Assembly (NCBI GenBank): GCA_964188305.1
Contig: OZ076890.1
Direction: 5' to 3' (one strand)
DNA from: Podarcis bocagei
Lineage: Eukaryota
Length of the DNA: 64,000 nucleotides
Shown here: positions 41,401 to 49,828 of the stretch, piece after piece
How the letters are laid out: the number at the start of each line of letters is the position of its first letter
Numbering within the stretch: the first letter of the stretch is position 1
The notes under the pieces: generated by a model
Database searches by the model: none
The model's input: only the letters and a program-made list of their open reading frames with translations
Told to the model about the DNA's origin: nothing
Position numbers and translations under genes: made by a program

Positions 41401-42992
41401 TTTTTATATTAGCAAACTGCCTCACTTTCATACTACATCTGCTCCTCCTTTCTGCCGCTTATGGAGAACCATGCAAGAGGCAAATTTGACAGACAAGAAT
41501 CAAAGACATTTCCCCCCATGCACAAGAGAGTCTGCTTCTTTTTTATTTAATAATATTATAATTATTCTAGAACTTAGATTCCAGTATGAAAAATAGGAGA
41601 CAACCTATGAGCTAACTATACATATGATCAGAATCACAGAAATCGCACAGCAATGAGTTTTGTATTTTTCCTAACTTCAATTTGGCAATACATTTACAAA
41701 CATATATTTTTAAAGTACTGGTACTTCCTTTGCTTCTCCTTGCAGTCTTAGAGAACAAGTAGCATTGCTAAGTTGCCTCTTGGATGCTTGATCTGGGGCA
41801 GCCCAAGGAAAACCTTAAATTGCATGATGGTGCATATTATCGCAATGGAAATTACACATGACAGCTATGGCATTACCAGTGATAAATCCAGATATTGGTT
41901 TCAAACTGTGGAACTGTTGATCATGTTTAGCTCTCTCTTCCACAGTTACGGCCCAGATGTCCAGGTTGCCTAATTCACAAGCAAGAGATTGAGATATTGT
42001 CAGGAAAAATAGGCTTTACAAATAATGACAGCATCAGCTATTTTCTCAATGTGCTATGAAGAATCTAAACACTGCTAGACTTGCAAAAAAAAAGCCCTCC
42101 ACCACAGTGGCTGAAACAACTCCCATTGCCTCATGGGATGCTGAAGGAAGGAAAGCTCAGCAACTGTTATAGAGGAGACCAATAAGCATATATCCTTGCT
42201 GTGCATACAGCAAGCTGGTAACACAGGCTGCTAGCAACACAGCTACAGCTTGCTGCTGAAGATCTAGAATCTATGAATACAGTTGCCAGAACCCATTGGC
42301 AACCATAAATATCATTCTGGTGATCAAAACAGTAAAAAGATTCTTGTATTACAAGAAGATAGTGGTTTAGTCATTTAAAATGGCATCAGGATGTATCTTA
42401 TGCTAAGATGAAGCATCACTGTATGGGTTGGTGGGAAGAAGTTGTTACAATGCACACATCCTCTACCCTGTAACATCCCTCTAGTCAGCAGCAGGTACAA
42501 AACAAATAGACACTTACTGTAGCCTCTGTTGAACCAGAAGCAAAAAGCCTTCTCTCCATCTAACTATTGGAAAAAGTAACTGGCTACCAAGGCCAGTCAA
42601 AATGTGTGAATCTCCAGCAAAGGTAGAAGATTAGGATCAGCAGGTGGGCCCCCAACTAATTTTAGGCATAAATCCCCACCTAAATCGTAATACACAATCT
42701 TATCAGACCCCTGGGCACAGGTTATATTTGAGCAACAACCTCTTGCTGCCTTTACCTTCAGCCATGCCCTGCATCAGCCTCCCCCACTTTCAACAGCCAC
42801 CCAACAACACTCAACACATATAAGCAGTAGGGTGATTTTTTTCAACAACTGCAACTACACACTAAGTTTATTAGTGTGTTCAAGCCCAACTATATTTTCC
42901 TCATGAAGCTGGAAAGCAAGCATGAACAAGAAGCATTGGGGGGGGGGGTCGTCCTAATACTTACCAGCAAAAGGTGTTGGAAACTGAGCCAT
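3583..42992 (-). CDS. ITSN1: Intersectin-1, spliced CDS span of the short isoform (EH1-EH2-coiled coil-SH3A-E); 27 coding exons, 1209 aa
   Basis: Exons translate to MAQFPTPF...[10 protein letters not shown]; all junctions GT-AG and phase-compatible; summed length 3628 nt; stop completed by next exon (in gap). Confidence 0.98.
3893..4150 (-). mobile_element. tRNA-derived SINE
   Basis: A box TGGTGTAGTGG, B box GGTTCGATTCC, (CTC/CTT)n tail. Confidence 0.85.
4861..5046. mobile_element. hAT MITE, 186 bp (copy 1)
   Basis: TIR CAGGGGT(T/A)GTCAACC; 8-bp TSD GTCTACAG. Confidence 0.92.
6168..6285 (-). CDS. ITSN1: ITSN1 exon 28 ([19 protein letters not shown]...)
   Basis: 118 nt, tag/gtaagt. Confidence 0.96.
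7726..8270. repeat. ~158-bp tandem repeat, ~3.5 units, inside the Tc2-like element
   Basis: Unit starts at 7726, 7884, 8045, 8199. Confidence 0.92.
8391..8426. repeat. (CT)n microsatellite
   Basis: Direct observation. Confidence 0.95.
9281..9402 (-). CDS. ITSN1: ITSN1 exon 27 (SH3D N-part; IAQVIASY...GWWEGELQ)
   Basis: 122 nt, cag/gttagt. Confidence 0.96.
9981..10026 (-). CDS. ITSN1: ITSN1 exon 26 ([15 protein letters not shown])
   Basis: 46 nt, aag/gtaagc. Confidence 0.94.
10748..10914 (-). CDS. ITSN1: ITSN1 exon 25 (SH3C)
   Basis: 167 nt; [13 protein letters not shown]...FPSNYVRL. Confidence 0.97.
11048..11285. mobile_element. Tigger/pogo-like MITE, family A
   Basis: TIR CAGTGGTACCTTGGGTTA; TA on right, TG on left. 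Confidence 0.88.
11639..11718 (-). CDS. ITSN1: ITSN1 exon 24 ([14 protein letters not shown]...)
   Basis: 80 nt, aag/gtaaga. Confidence 0.94.
12866..13071 (-). CDS. ITSN1: ITSN1 exon 23 (SH3B)
   Basis: 206 nt; [13 protein letters not shown]...[10 protein letters not shown]. Confidence 0.97.
13579..13775. mobile_element. hAT MITE
   Basis: TIR CAGAGCTTTCCAAACT; TSD GTGTACAC/GGGTACAC. Confidence 0.88.
13807..14049. mobile_element. Tigger/pogo-like MITE, family B
   Basis: TIR CAGTCATACCT, TA TSDs, CpG-rich interior. Confidence 0.88.
14271..14430 (-). CDS. ITSN1: ITSN1 exon 22 (DNWDAWAAQ...SPVLGQ)
   Basis: 160 nt, cag/gtgagt. Confidence 0.96.
15344..15591 (-). CDS. ITSN1: ITSN1 exon 21 (SH3A C-half; [15 protein letters not shown]...NWADFSST)
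   Basis: 248 nt, cag/gtacgg; WADF AP-2-binding-type motif. Confidence 0.96.
16531..16652 (-). CDS. ITSN1: ITSN1 exon 19 (SH3A N-half; [25 protein letters not shown])
   Basis: 122 nt, tag/gtaaga. Confidence 0.96.
17190..17500 (+). mobile_element. CR1-like LINE 3' fragment
   Basis: ggccaccaacctggatggctttaaaagaggg...atggagaataaggctatcaa, typical of CR1 3' region. Confidence 0.55.
18182..18405 (-). CDS. ITSN1: ITSN1 exon 18 (RTRERQWL...QAPWSTA)
   Basis: 224 nt, tag/gtacaa; more diverged than neighbouring exons. Confidence 0.92.
19587..19708 (-). CDS. ITSN1: ITSN1 exon 17 ([15 protein letters not shown]...)
   Basis: 122 nt, cag/gtgagt. Confidence 0.95.
20230..20920 (+). mobile_element. Degenerate L2-like LINE fragments
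   Basis: VLEDFNIHA (APE GDFN-like) at ~20265, TLNLV (TLDLV-like), 3' tgtggaactc...ctgaagac signature. Confidence 0.5.
22714..22870 (+). mobile_element. tRNA-derived SINE with CR1-like tail
   Basis: Decayed A box, B box GGTTCAATCCC, tail gatgggccaatggtctggctcagtataaggc. Confidence 0.7.
22926..23065 (-). CDS. ITSN1: ITSN1 exon 16 ([14 protein letters not shown]...FNNQLK)
   Basis: 140 nt, cag/gtaacc. Confidence 0.96.
23212..23299 (-). CDS. ITSN1: ITSN1 exon 15 ([14 protein letters not shown]...)
   Basis: 88 nt, tag/gtaagt. Confidence 0.95.
25158..25339. mobile_element. Tigger/pogo-like MITE, related to family B
   Basis: TIR CAGTGGTACCTCTGG, TA TSDs. Confidence 0.88.
25685..25825 (-). CDS. 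ITSN1: ITSN1 exon 14 ([18 protein letters not shown]...)
   Basis: 141 nt, aag/gtgagt. Confidence 0.96.
26036..26185 (-). CDS. ITSN1: ITSN1 exon 13 ([15 protein letters not shown]...)
   Basis: 150 nt, tag/gtaagt. Confidence 0.96.
26600..26785. mobile_element. hAT MITE, 186 bp (copy 2)
   Basis: Same family and orientation as 4861-5046; 8-bp TSD TTATAGAG. Confidence 0.92.
26973..27473 (+). mobile_element. CR1 LINE ORF2 (RT C-terminal) fragment
   Basis: KCKVLHLG and [13 protein letters not shown]...[12 protein letters not shown]...[20 protein letters not shown]. Confidence 0.92.
27779..28041 (-). CDS. ITSN1: ITSN1 exon 12 (coiled coil; [13 protein letters not shown]...)
   Basis: 263 nt, aag/gtaaat. 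Confidence 0.96.
29058..29173 (-). CDS. ITSN1: ITSN1 exon 11 (RVRSGSG...EKKLP)
   Basis: 116 nt, cag/gtgagt. Confidence 0.95.
30083..30220 (-). CDS. ITSN1: ITSN1 exon 10 ([22 protein letters not shown]...)
   Basis: 138 nt, tag/gtaaaa. Confidence 0.96.
30491..30554 (-). CDS. ITSN1: ITSN1 exon 9 ([21 protein letters not shown])
   Basis: 64 nt, tag/gtaaat. Confidence 0.95.
31031..31270. mobile_element. Tigger/pogo-like MITE
   Basis: TA+CAGTGGTACCTC left end, decayed right TIR, internal palindrome gattggctgcag...ctgcagccaatc. Confidence 0.75.
31937..32145. mobile_element. Truncated hAT-like element
   Basis: End motif aggggtcggcaacct followed by CpG-rich interior; no second TIR seen. Confidence 0.5.
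32401..32628 (+). mobile_element. 5'-truncated RTE-clade LINE 3' end
   Basis: Open frame ending [22 protein letters not shown] (32401-32571); A-rich tail; TSD ACTAT(T/A)TCTG. Confidence 0.82.
33182..33282 (-). CDS. ITSN1: ITSN1 exon 8 (EH2; [21 protein letters not shown])
   Basis: 101 nt, cag/gtattc. Confidence 0.95.
33509..33602 (-). CDS. ITSN1: ITSN1 exon 7 ([12 protein letters not shown]...KAQSFDVP)
   Basis: 94 nt, cag/gtaagt. Confidence 0.95.
33667..33904. mobile_element. Tigger/pogo-like MITE
   Basis: TIR CAGTGGTGCCT..CAAGA, TA TSDs, internal ttttcgtcttgcga repeats. Confidence 0.88.
34147..34326 (-). CDS. ITSN1: ITSN1 exon 6 (Pro-rich linker)
   Basis: 180 nt, tag/gtaagc. Confidence 0.95.
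35245..35405 (-). CDS. ITSN1: ITSN1 exon 5 ([22 protein letters not shown]...)
   Basis: 161 nt, EF-hand of EH1, tag/gtaagg. Confidence 0.96.
36448..36584. mobile_element. hAT MITE, 137 bp, near-palindromic
   Basis: TIR C(A/G)GGCTTCCTCAAC; 8-bp TSD CCCTAAAC. Confidence 0.9.
37674..37777 (+). mobile_element. Short 5'-truncated retro-insertion (L1-type)
   Basis: 17-bp perfect TSD GAAATGTTTCCATAGGA, AATAAA at 37754 and short A tail. Confidence 0.75.
39490..39553 (-). CDS. ITSN1: ITSN1 exon 4 ([21 protein letters not shown])
   Basis: 64 nt, cag/gtaagt. Confidence 0.96.
40870..41205 (+). mobile_element. CR1 LINE 3' fragment
   Basis: ttggggttatttagcttg...gggttggactagatgacc. Confidence 0.75.
41877..41969 (-). 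CDS. ITSN1: ITSN1 exon 3 (EH1; [19 protein letters not shown]...)
   Basis: 93 nt, ag/gt flanks. Confidence 0.96.
42965..42992 (-). CDS. ITSN1: ITSN1 exon 2 coding part MAQFPTPFA(G); whole exon 42965-43024
   Basis: ccccag| acceptor, ACCATGG Kozak, |gtaagt donor. Confidence 0.96.
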
Positions 42993-44445
42993 GGTTCAAT
43001 CACCTTTAACTTGCTAATAGATGCCTGGGGAGTAAAGAGTGGCACATTAAGACAAGCAGGTATACAGGTATTTCTTCAGAGGTATTTGCTTACTATCATA
43101 TAATTTACTGATATACAGAAAACGAGAAATTCTTTATAAATGCAGTAGTCATGTAAATATAATCAAGACAAAAACGGTTTCCAAATGCTATGAAATATGC
43201 CCAGGGCAGCAAGCATAAAATATTAAAGAAATACAATATTCAGCTTTCTTCCTGCTCCCAGTTACAACATTGCTCCTTATTTCAGAACCTAGTTGTTCCT
43301 GGCCATCAAATACTCAGCCATCTGCACTTAGCTGCATCCTTAAAATGGCCTTTTATTTTTACCCTATTGCTACCCTGCCTCTGTCCTCCACTGGCCCCTC
43401 TGCCAGTTACCAGTTCAGAAACCTCACTCATTACCTCTGCCTACAGCTCTGGAGAATTTCCCTTTCTGTGTGTATTATAATCAATATAGACCCCTGTCCG
43501 TATACTAAAGATTGAATTTGGATCACCAAGTTCTAGAGTATCACATTATTAAGACAGAGAAACAGCAAATATAGTGAAATCTATTTTATCCATAGCCTGG
43601 GGGAAAAATGAGATACAAGTTTTTCTTACTATGATATTCAGCAATTATGCTCTACAATATGTGCATGCCTGCTATGACTACAATAATTTTGCAGTCACTT
43701 TCTAAAATACTAAATATCTTTTAGCCATATTTCACTGTTTCCCAGAAAACTCCAGTGGAATTATATATGATGTTTAGCAATTATAACATGAAGAATGCTA
43801 ATAGCTCTTTGTTTTCCCTAAAATCTTATATCCACCCAAATAACACTAAGAATATGTACATCCCATATCTATCCAGAGGCAACCCATTTGAGAAAGACAT
43901 CACCCTTCAGTAAAATAAAGTATGTGGGTTGCATTCAATGTTAGTTCTACTGGGAACAGGCTCGTTGAAAGTAATGGACATGACTAACTGAGGTCCATTA
44001 ATTTTAATGCAGCTACTCTGAGAATAACTTTAATGAAATACATAGGGTTGTATTCAACCAAGTCTCAAGAGGTTTGAGGGAATTGGTGAATCACTTAGGA
44101 CAAAAGGCCAGGTAACCTCCTAACACACACAATAGCAAGCTTTGGAAAACACATGACTCAAAAATGTAGACCTAATAGCCATTTATTATGTTAACACTCA
44201 AGATTCACCGTTCTACAGCAGCCAAAATCTGTTGTAAAACAAGGATAGGGAACCCACTGCCCTCCTAATATTCAGACTTCAACTACCATAAGCTAAGTAA
44301 GCGTAACTAATGGGCACAGATGATGGGTACAACAGCCCAACAACATCTGGAGGACCAGATTCCATAGCCCGGCTCATAAAAGTTGTCACCTATGGTTTGA
44401 AAGCATAAAACCTTTCTTAAACTTTCAGACTAAACGGAATATGAA

Positions 44446-44509
44446 GAGGAGGAGGAGGAGGAGGAGGAGGAGGAGGAGTAATACTACTACTACTACTACT
44501 ACTACTACT
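44446..44509. repeat. Compound (GAG)n(TAC)n microsatellite
   Basis: Direct observation. Confidence 0.95.
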
Positions 44510-45539
44510 ACAAATTTATTTCTTGTACTCCACCCATTTGATTCCTTGCCCCAACCACTCTGGGCAGTTTCCACTCCTGCCTCTGCTCCTTACCTTGCAC
44601 AACAGCAGAACATGGGAAAGGAGCTGCCCAGGTTTCATTGTCAACAGAGTCTGTTGACTCCAGGTAAGGAAGCCCTTCAAACTCTCACCAACATAAAATG
44701 ATTAAGTACCATACTCCAAGAAATGAATGGCACTCACTCTCTCTCCCAAATGCTCCTTGAAGTAAAGCAAAATCTTCTCCCAATCTTTTATAGACTCTGC
44801 ATAGCTCAATATGTTAAAATATGCTAGCCACATTAGATGCCCCCATGATTGCTGATCATTGTATCCCTAAGGAAAAAGATTGAACAAGATAGACCCCATT
44901 CCAACAATAAATTAGAATGCATAGTAAATTACACAGAGATTACCAAATTACTACCATAGAAGTACGTACAACAGAAACTTAGAACCACACCCATTTGCTT
45001 AAAAGAAAAGTATGTTTTTCTTTCACTTTAAGTAGTTAAAGTGAAAAGATTAAAGATTTGAAGAAATTACATTCTGAGTGTAATTTCCAGTCTTAAATAC
45101 ATATAAATCATTTTGATTCAGTTGATTAAGGAAGTTTCATGCAATATACCGGTAATTGAGAAATAAAAGCCACACACCATGGAGTTCTCATAAGGTCTGG
45201 CAAAGGGACAGATTTTTTTCAATTAGGGTTGTTACTAACATTGTCACAGTGCTAACTTTGCTTTGTAGCTTAGAAGAATCTTAAGCAAAAATGAGGGTGT
45301 TAGAAATACATCAAAGAGGGGAAAAACCAAGCATCATCCTATGAGGGGCTACTTATTTGGAATGCTAATATTCTTATTTTATACAGCATCAGTGTGCATG
45401 GTGCTTTACAAATCACAAAAGAACCGGTACAAAAGAACACAGTCATCATGAGTTCTGGTCAGCAGTCCACCTGGGTGAGATCCCAAGGCTGGTAGCTGGG
45501 TCAGTGAGTTTTATTTGGGAGTCTGCATGAAGTTTACTC

Positions 45540-45910
45540 AAATGAGCAAACAAGACAGAGCTCAACAGCAAGAATAAATCAGCCTAGCAAGAGCGAGCAA
45601 GAAAGTACATAATGACAACCAGTACTTGGCAAGATGTCCAGGCCTGGACTGACCTACAGCAGGACGTTTCTATGGGGCTTTCATCCAACTGCAAGACTGA
45701 ATGCTAATTGTATGGAGAATGTTGTGACAACTGTAATGAGACCTCTGGGTACAGGGTGGTATATAAACCATTCATGAACTTCTGGGTGCATAAAACTAGT
45801 ATGCTCATCAAGAGGGCAATGAAACACAGAGATAACAGCATGATAAACCTTAATCTTGCCTTCAGATGTAGATTTGACTGGTATAAACTCCCTTGGATCC
45901 TTCAATGATG
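45540..45910 (-). mobile_element. Probable DIRS-type retrotransposon tyrosine-recombinase relic
   Basis: KIKVYHAVISVFHCPLDEHTSFMHPEV resembles the DIRS YR motif KVYxAAISxxH...HPxV. Confidence 0.5.
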
Positions 45911-46224
45911 ACCATATTGGTCCAAGTGCTGAAAATGGAATAGGTTTATTGGTGTGGGGAGATTATAGGCAAGATAGTCTGCGTAGGGATTTGTTTTCAC
46001 CTCTAGAACTGGGGTGTTCTTGTCTATCCCCCTCCCTTTCTAAAGTTTTTAAAAAAGGTAAACAACTCAAGGGTGATCTTGCCCCCAAATGTCAACAACT
46101 TTGGCTAACTTCCCTCTTTGGGTGACCTCCACAAAAAATACTGATTTCTTTATTTGGGGTTCAAAAAATTAGGGGTCATCTTATACATGTTTTATACACA
46201 GAAAAATACAGTAATAACAACCAT

Positions 46225-47335
46225 CTGTTCCTTAGCAAGATGACTTGTTACACTGTGTCATGATTTATTTAACAAAAACAAAGCCAAAATGAAGAAGCCA
46301 TGTGTGAAAATCTAAGTATACGGTTACTGCTTCCATAGAAATTAAGAGGATAAGTAGTAGACTGGTGCTGGTAATCAAATGCCCTTGCTTAATTGATCAT
46401 CAGCAAGTGTGCCCACCTCTATAAAATCCAAAGTTTTAGCAGTTTGCTGGTCTGGAGCATTCAGGTGTGTTTTAACACAACGCTAAGGACGAAAGACATC
46501 AGCAATGCTGCCCATACAACTGGGAAGGTTTATAAGGCCATCACCACCAATTTTAAGTCAATCACTTTAGAGTGAGAAAGATTATTCAAAAGTGAAAAAG
46601 ATTCAAGACAGTTGTCAATTTTCCCAGGAGTGGACGTCCCAGCAAATTCACCCCAAGGTCAAGCTCTGCAACGGTCAAAGAAATTGCAAAAAGCCCAAGA
46701 GTTACATCTCAGGCTGTACAGGACTCAGTTGGCATGTTAAATGTTAAAGTTCAAGACAGTAAAATTAGAAAAAGACAGAACAAATATGGTTGTTTGAAAG
46801 GGTTGCCAGGAGAAACCCTCTTCTCTCTAAAAAGAACATGGCAGCATGGTTTAGGTTTGCAAAGTTGCATCTTAACAACCATAAGACTTCTAGAACAATG
46901 TCCTTTGGACAGACAAGACCAAAGTGGAGATGTTTGGACATAATGCACAGAACTACATTTGGCAAAAACCAAACATAGCATATCAGCACAAACACCTCAT
47001 ACCAACTAGCAAGCATGGTGGTGGAGGGGTGATAATTTGGGCTTGTTTTGCAGCCACAGGACCTGGGAACCTTGCAGTCATTGAGTTGACCATGAATTCT
47101 TGTGTATATCAAAGTATACTACAGTCAAATGTGAGGCCATCTGCCTGACAGCTGAAGCTTGATTGAAATTGGGTTGTGCAACAGGACAACAATCCCAAGT
47201 ACACCAACAAATCTACAACAGAATGGCTGGGGGTGGGGGGAGAATCAAGGTATTGCAATGGCCCAGTCAAAGTCCAGACATCAACCAAATCGAAATGCTG
47301 TGACAGGACCTTCAGAGAGTTGTGCATAAATGTCA
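46225..47335 (+). pseudogene. Tc1-family transposase fossil
   Basis: KHGGGGVIIWACFAATGPG, QQDNNPKY, WPSQSPD motifs; frameshifts and stops; no TIR pair seen. Confidence 0.9.
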
Positions 47336-48819
47336 CACCCAAGGAACACAGAGACATAAATCACAAACTAGACAACTCTGTATGTAGTTCACAAAAACAG
47401 TTAATAATGTAGAGCATTTCCATACTGTCTATTACATGAAATCTTAAATAATACATACAGTGCCAAAATAACAACATGCACAACTCAGTATCTCAAAGCC
47501 AAACAGTTCTGAAATAAGTCCATGAGAGCAACACTCTTTGTGTATATGTGTGCTGGTGTGATCCCAACTGAACTCCGAGACACATGGATTTCAATCCATT
47601 TCGTGAATCTTCTTCTGGTCAGACCAAGGAGGAGCTATACAATGGCAGTTCAATGCTCCACCAAATAGATCAGCTCCCACCTTAGAATGGCACTCATATA
47701 CAAGATGGCCACATCAGACTCACTCTCCCAGGCACCACACAAAGTGGTGGCAGTGAGTGAACTTGGGGCTTCTCCTTGCAGCTACAATAAAATGAAGGCT
47801 CAGATGCAGCCTGGGCAAGTCAGAGGCTTCCGTGCCGCCGCCGCCCCAGAGAAGAACACAGGAAGGACTCAGGAAAGTGTCCTCCTCCTCCCATAGCCTG
47901 CAGGCAATGCACACACACACACACTGACAAAGCTGCTAATCCTGCGCCCTCCCTCTTTTTCCTTGCATGGCAGCTTGGGGACAGACGCAGGAAAGAGAGA
48001 AAGCAAGAGTGCAGAACAGGGGAGGAGCCCCACTGGCAGGAAAGACGCTTCCCTCACCAAAGCAGCTGCCAGAAGGTAAGCATTGGTGGTGATGGTGCTC
48101 CTGCGGGGGAGACCTCTTCATCTGGATGACAGGCACCCTGGTAGGTGGGTGGGCAAGGAAGCATCAAGCAGGTAACTCGCCTCCACCACCCAAACTTTGC
48201 ATCAGGCTATGTCCCTCCCTCATACACTGCCCCCTCCCCTTGCCTGTGCCCCCACTTCCATCTTTTAAGTACCAGCACTTTTCCCCCCTAGAAAAGAAGC
48301 ACTAGGAAATCCATACTGACATTCCAAGCTGTGTAAAAATCAGTGATACTTTTTTTTTTTTTTGCAACTCTGAAACCTAACTCTGGCACCATATTGAGTA
48401 ACGACAGCAGATAAAAGAGGAATTCTCAATTGCTACACTATATTAAGAAAATTTGGCAGTTTTACCACAGTCAAAACTGAGATTTTTAAAAAGCAATGCA
48501 CTTTTAAATAGTGAACACACTTGTGGGACCAAAAAGATTATCTCACTTCTGCAGATGATTCAAGGTTGAGGCATGAGTAAATATTAGCAGAAGGGTGAGT
48601 AATAAATTATGAAAGATTGTATACCATGTTCACTGCACAACTAGCTGTAATCCAGACTTCCTGGATTAGACACAGTACAAGAATCAAGGTGTAAATAGAA
48701 ATTAAATTTGTTGCCAAGTAACACTAGCAGCCTCAGTGTTTAAGAGTGCATTTTAGCAGGTATGGCTGCTGCTCCAACCATTTTTGGCCAAAGCAATTCT
48801 TACATTGGTAACCTCAAGG

Positions 48820-49260
48820 CTTGTTTACTGCAATGCACTTTATGTGGGACTACCAACACGCCTGATCTGGAAGTTCCAGCTGGTGTAGAATATTGTGGCT
48901 AAACTGCTGATCACAGAATCATAAAATTGTAGAGTTGGAAGGGACCCTGAGGATCATGGGAACAGGCTACTGACAGCATGTAACACTGGTGCTTAAAAGC
49001 TTGAACTGGCTGCCTAAAGTTACCAGGCCAAGTTCATGATTCTTGGGAGAGTCTTCATTGGTGGTCCTCCATGGCTCAAATGCACAGCTTGTAACTACTA
49101 GAATCTATGCATTCAGTTAAAAAAAATAAAATGCATTCATTATTGTGGAACTCTAACCAGAATGAGATTAGCCAGACATCCTCTTTGCTGAACTGCTGGC
49201 ACATGCAAAGACTTTGTTATTTCACTAGATGTTTAAAGGAAGTGCTCAGGACTGAGATGA
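48820..49260 (+). mobile_element. Degenerate L2-like fragment interrupted by a minus-strand CR1 tail (~48913-48957)
   Basis: LNWLPK (LHWLP-like) motif; agaatcataaaattgtagagttggaagggacc. Confidence 0.55.
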
Positions 49261-49465
49261 ATTTTGACTGTTCTTATTCTTTGTAAGGAATTGGGATATA
49301 ATTTTATGTACATTGCTTAGAAATGTTAATGATTAAATGATATATAAAAACCTTAAATATATAAAATGTTAAATAAATACCTTTATCCACATAAGATACC
49401 ATCTTGGTGCTGAAGATGAACTTTCTGCATTTTATTAGGAATATTAGAAGTAAATTCACAGTAAT

Positions 49466-49828
49466 GGGACGCAGGTGGTGTTGTGGTCTAAACCACAGAG
49501 CCTAGGGCTTGCCGATCAGAAGGTCGGCGGTTCGAATCCCCGCGATGGGGTGAGCTCCCATTGCTCAGTCCCTGCTCCTGCCAAGATAACAGTTCGAAAG
49601 CACGCCAAAGTGCAAGTAGATAAATAGGTTCCACTGTGGCGGGAAGGTAAACGGCGTTTCCGTGCGCTGCTCTAGTTCGCCAGAAGTGGCTTGGTCATAC
49701 TGGCCACATGACCTGGAAGCTGTCTGCGGACAAACGCCAGCTCTCTTGGCCAGTGAAGCAAAATGAGCGCAGCAACCCCCGAGTTGTCCGCGACTGGACT
49801 TAACGGTCAGGGGTCCCTTTACCTTTAC
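49466..49828 (+). mobile_element. Sauria SINE, full length
   Basis: GGGACGC head, B box GGTTCGAATCC, tail ...GTCCCTTTACCTTTAC. Confidence 0.9.

Noticed and set aside
44441-44701. Poly-Arg/poly-Thr ORF
   Set aside because: Microsatellite translation
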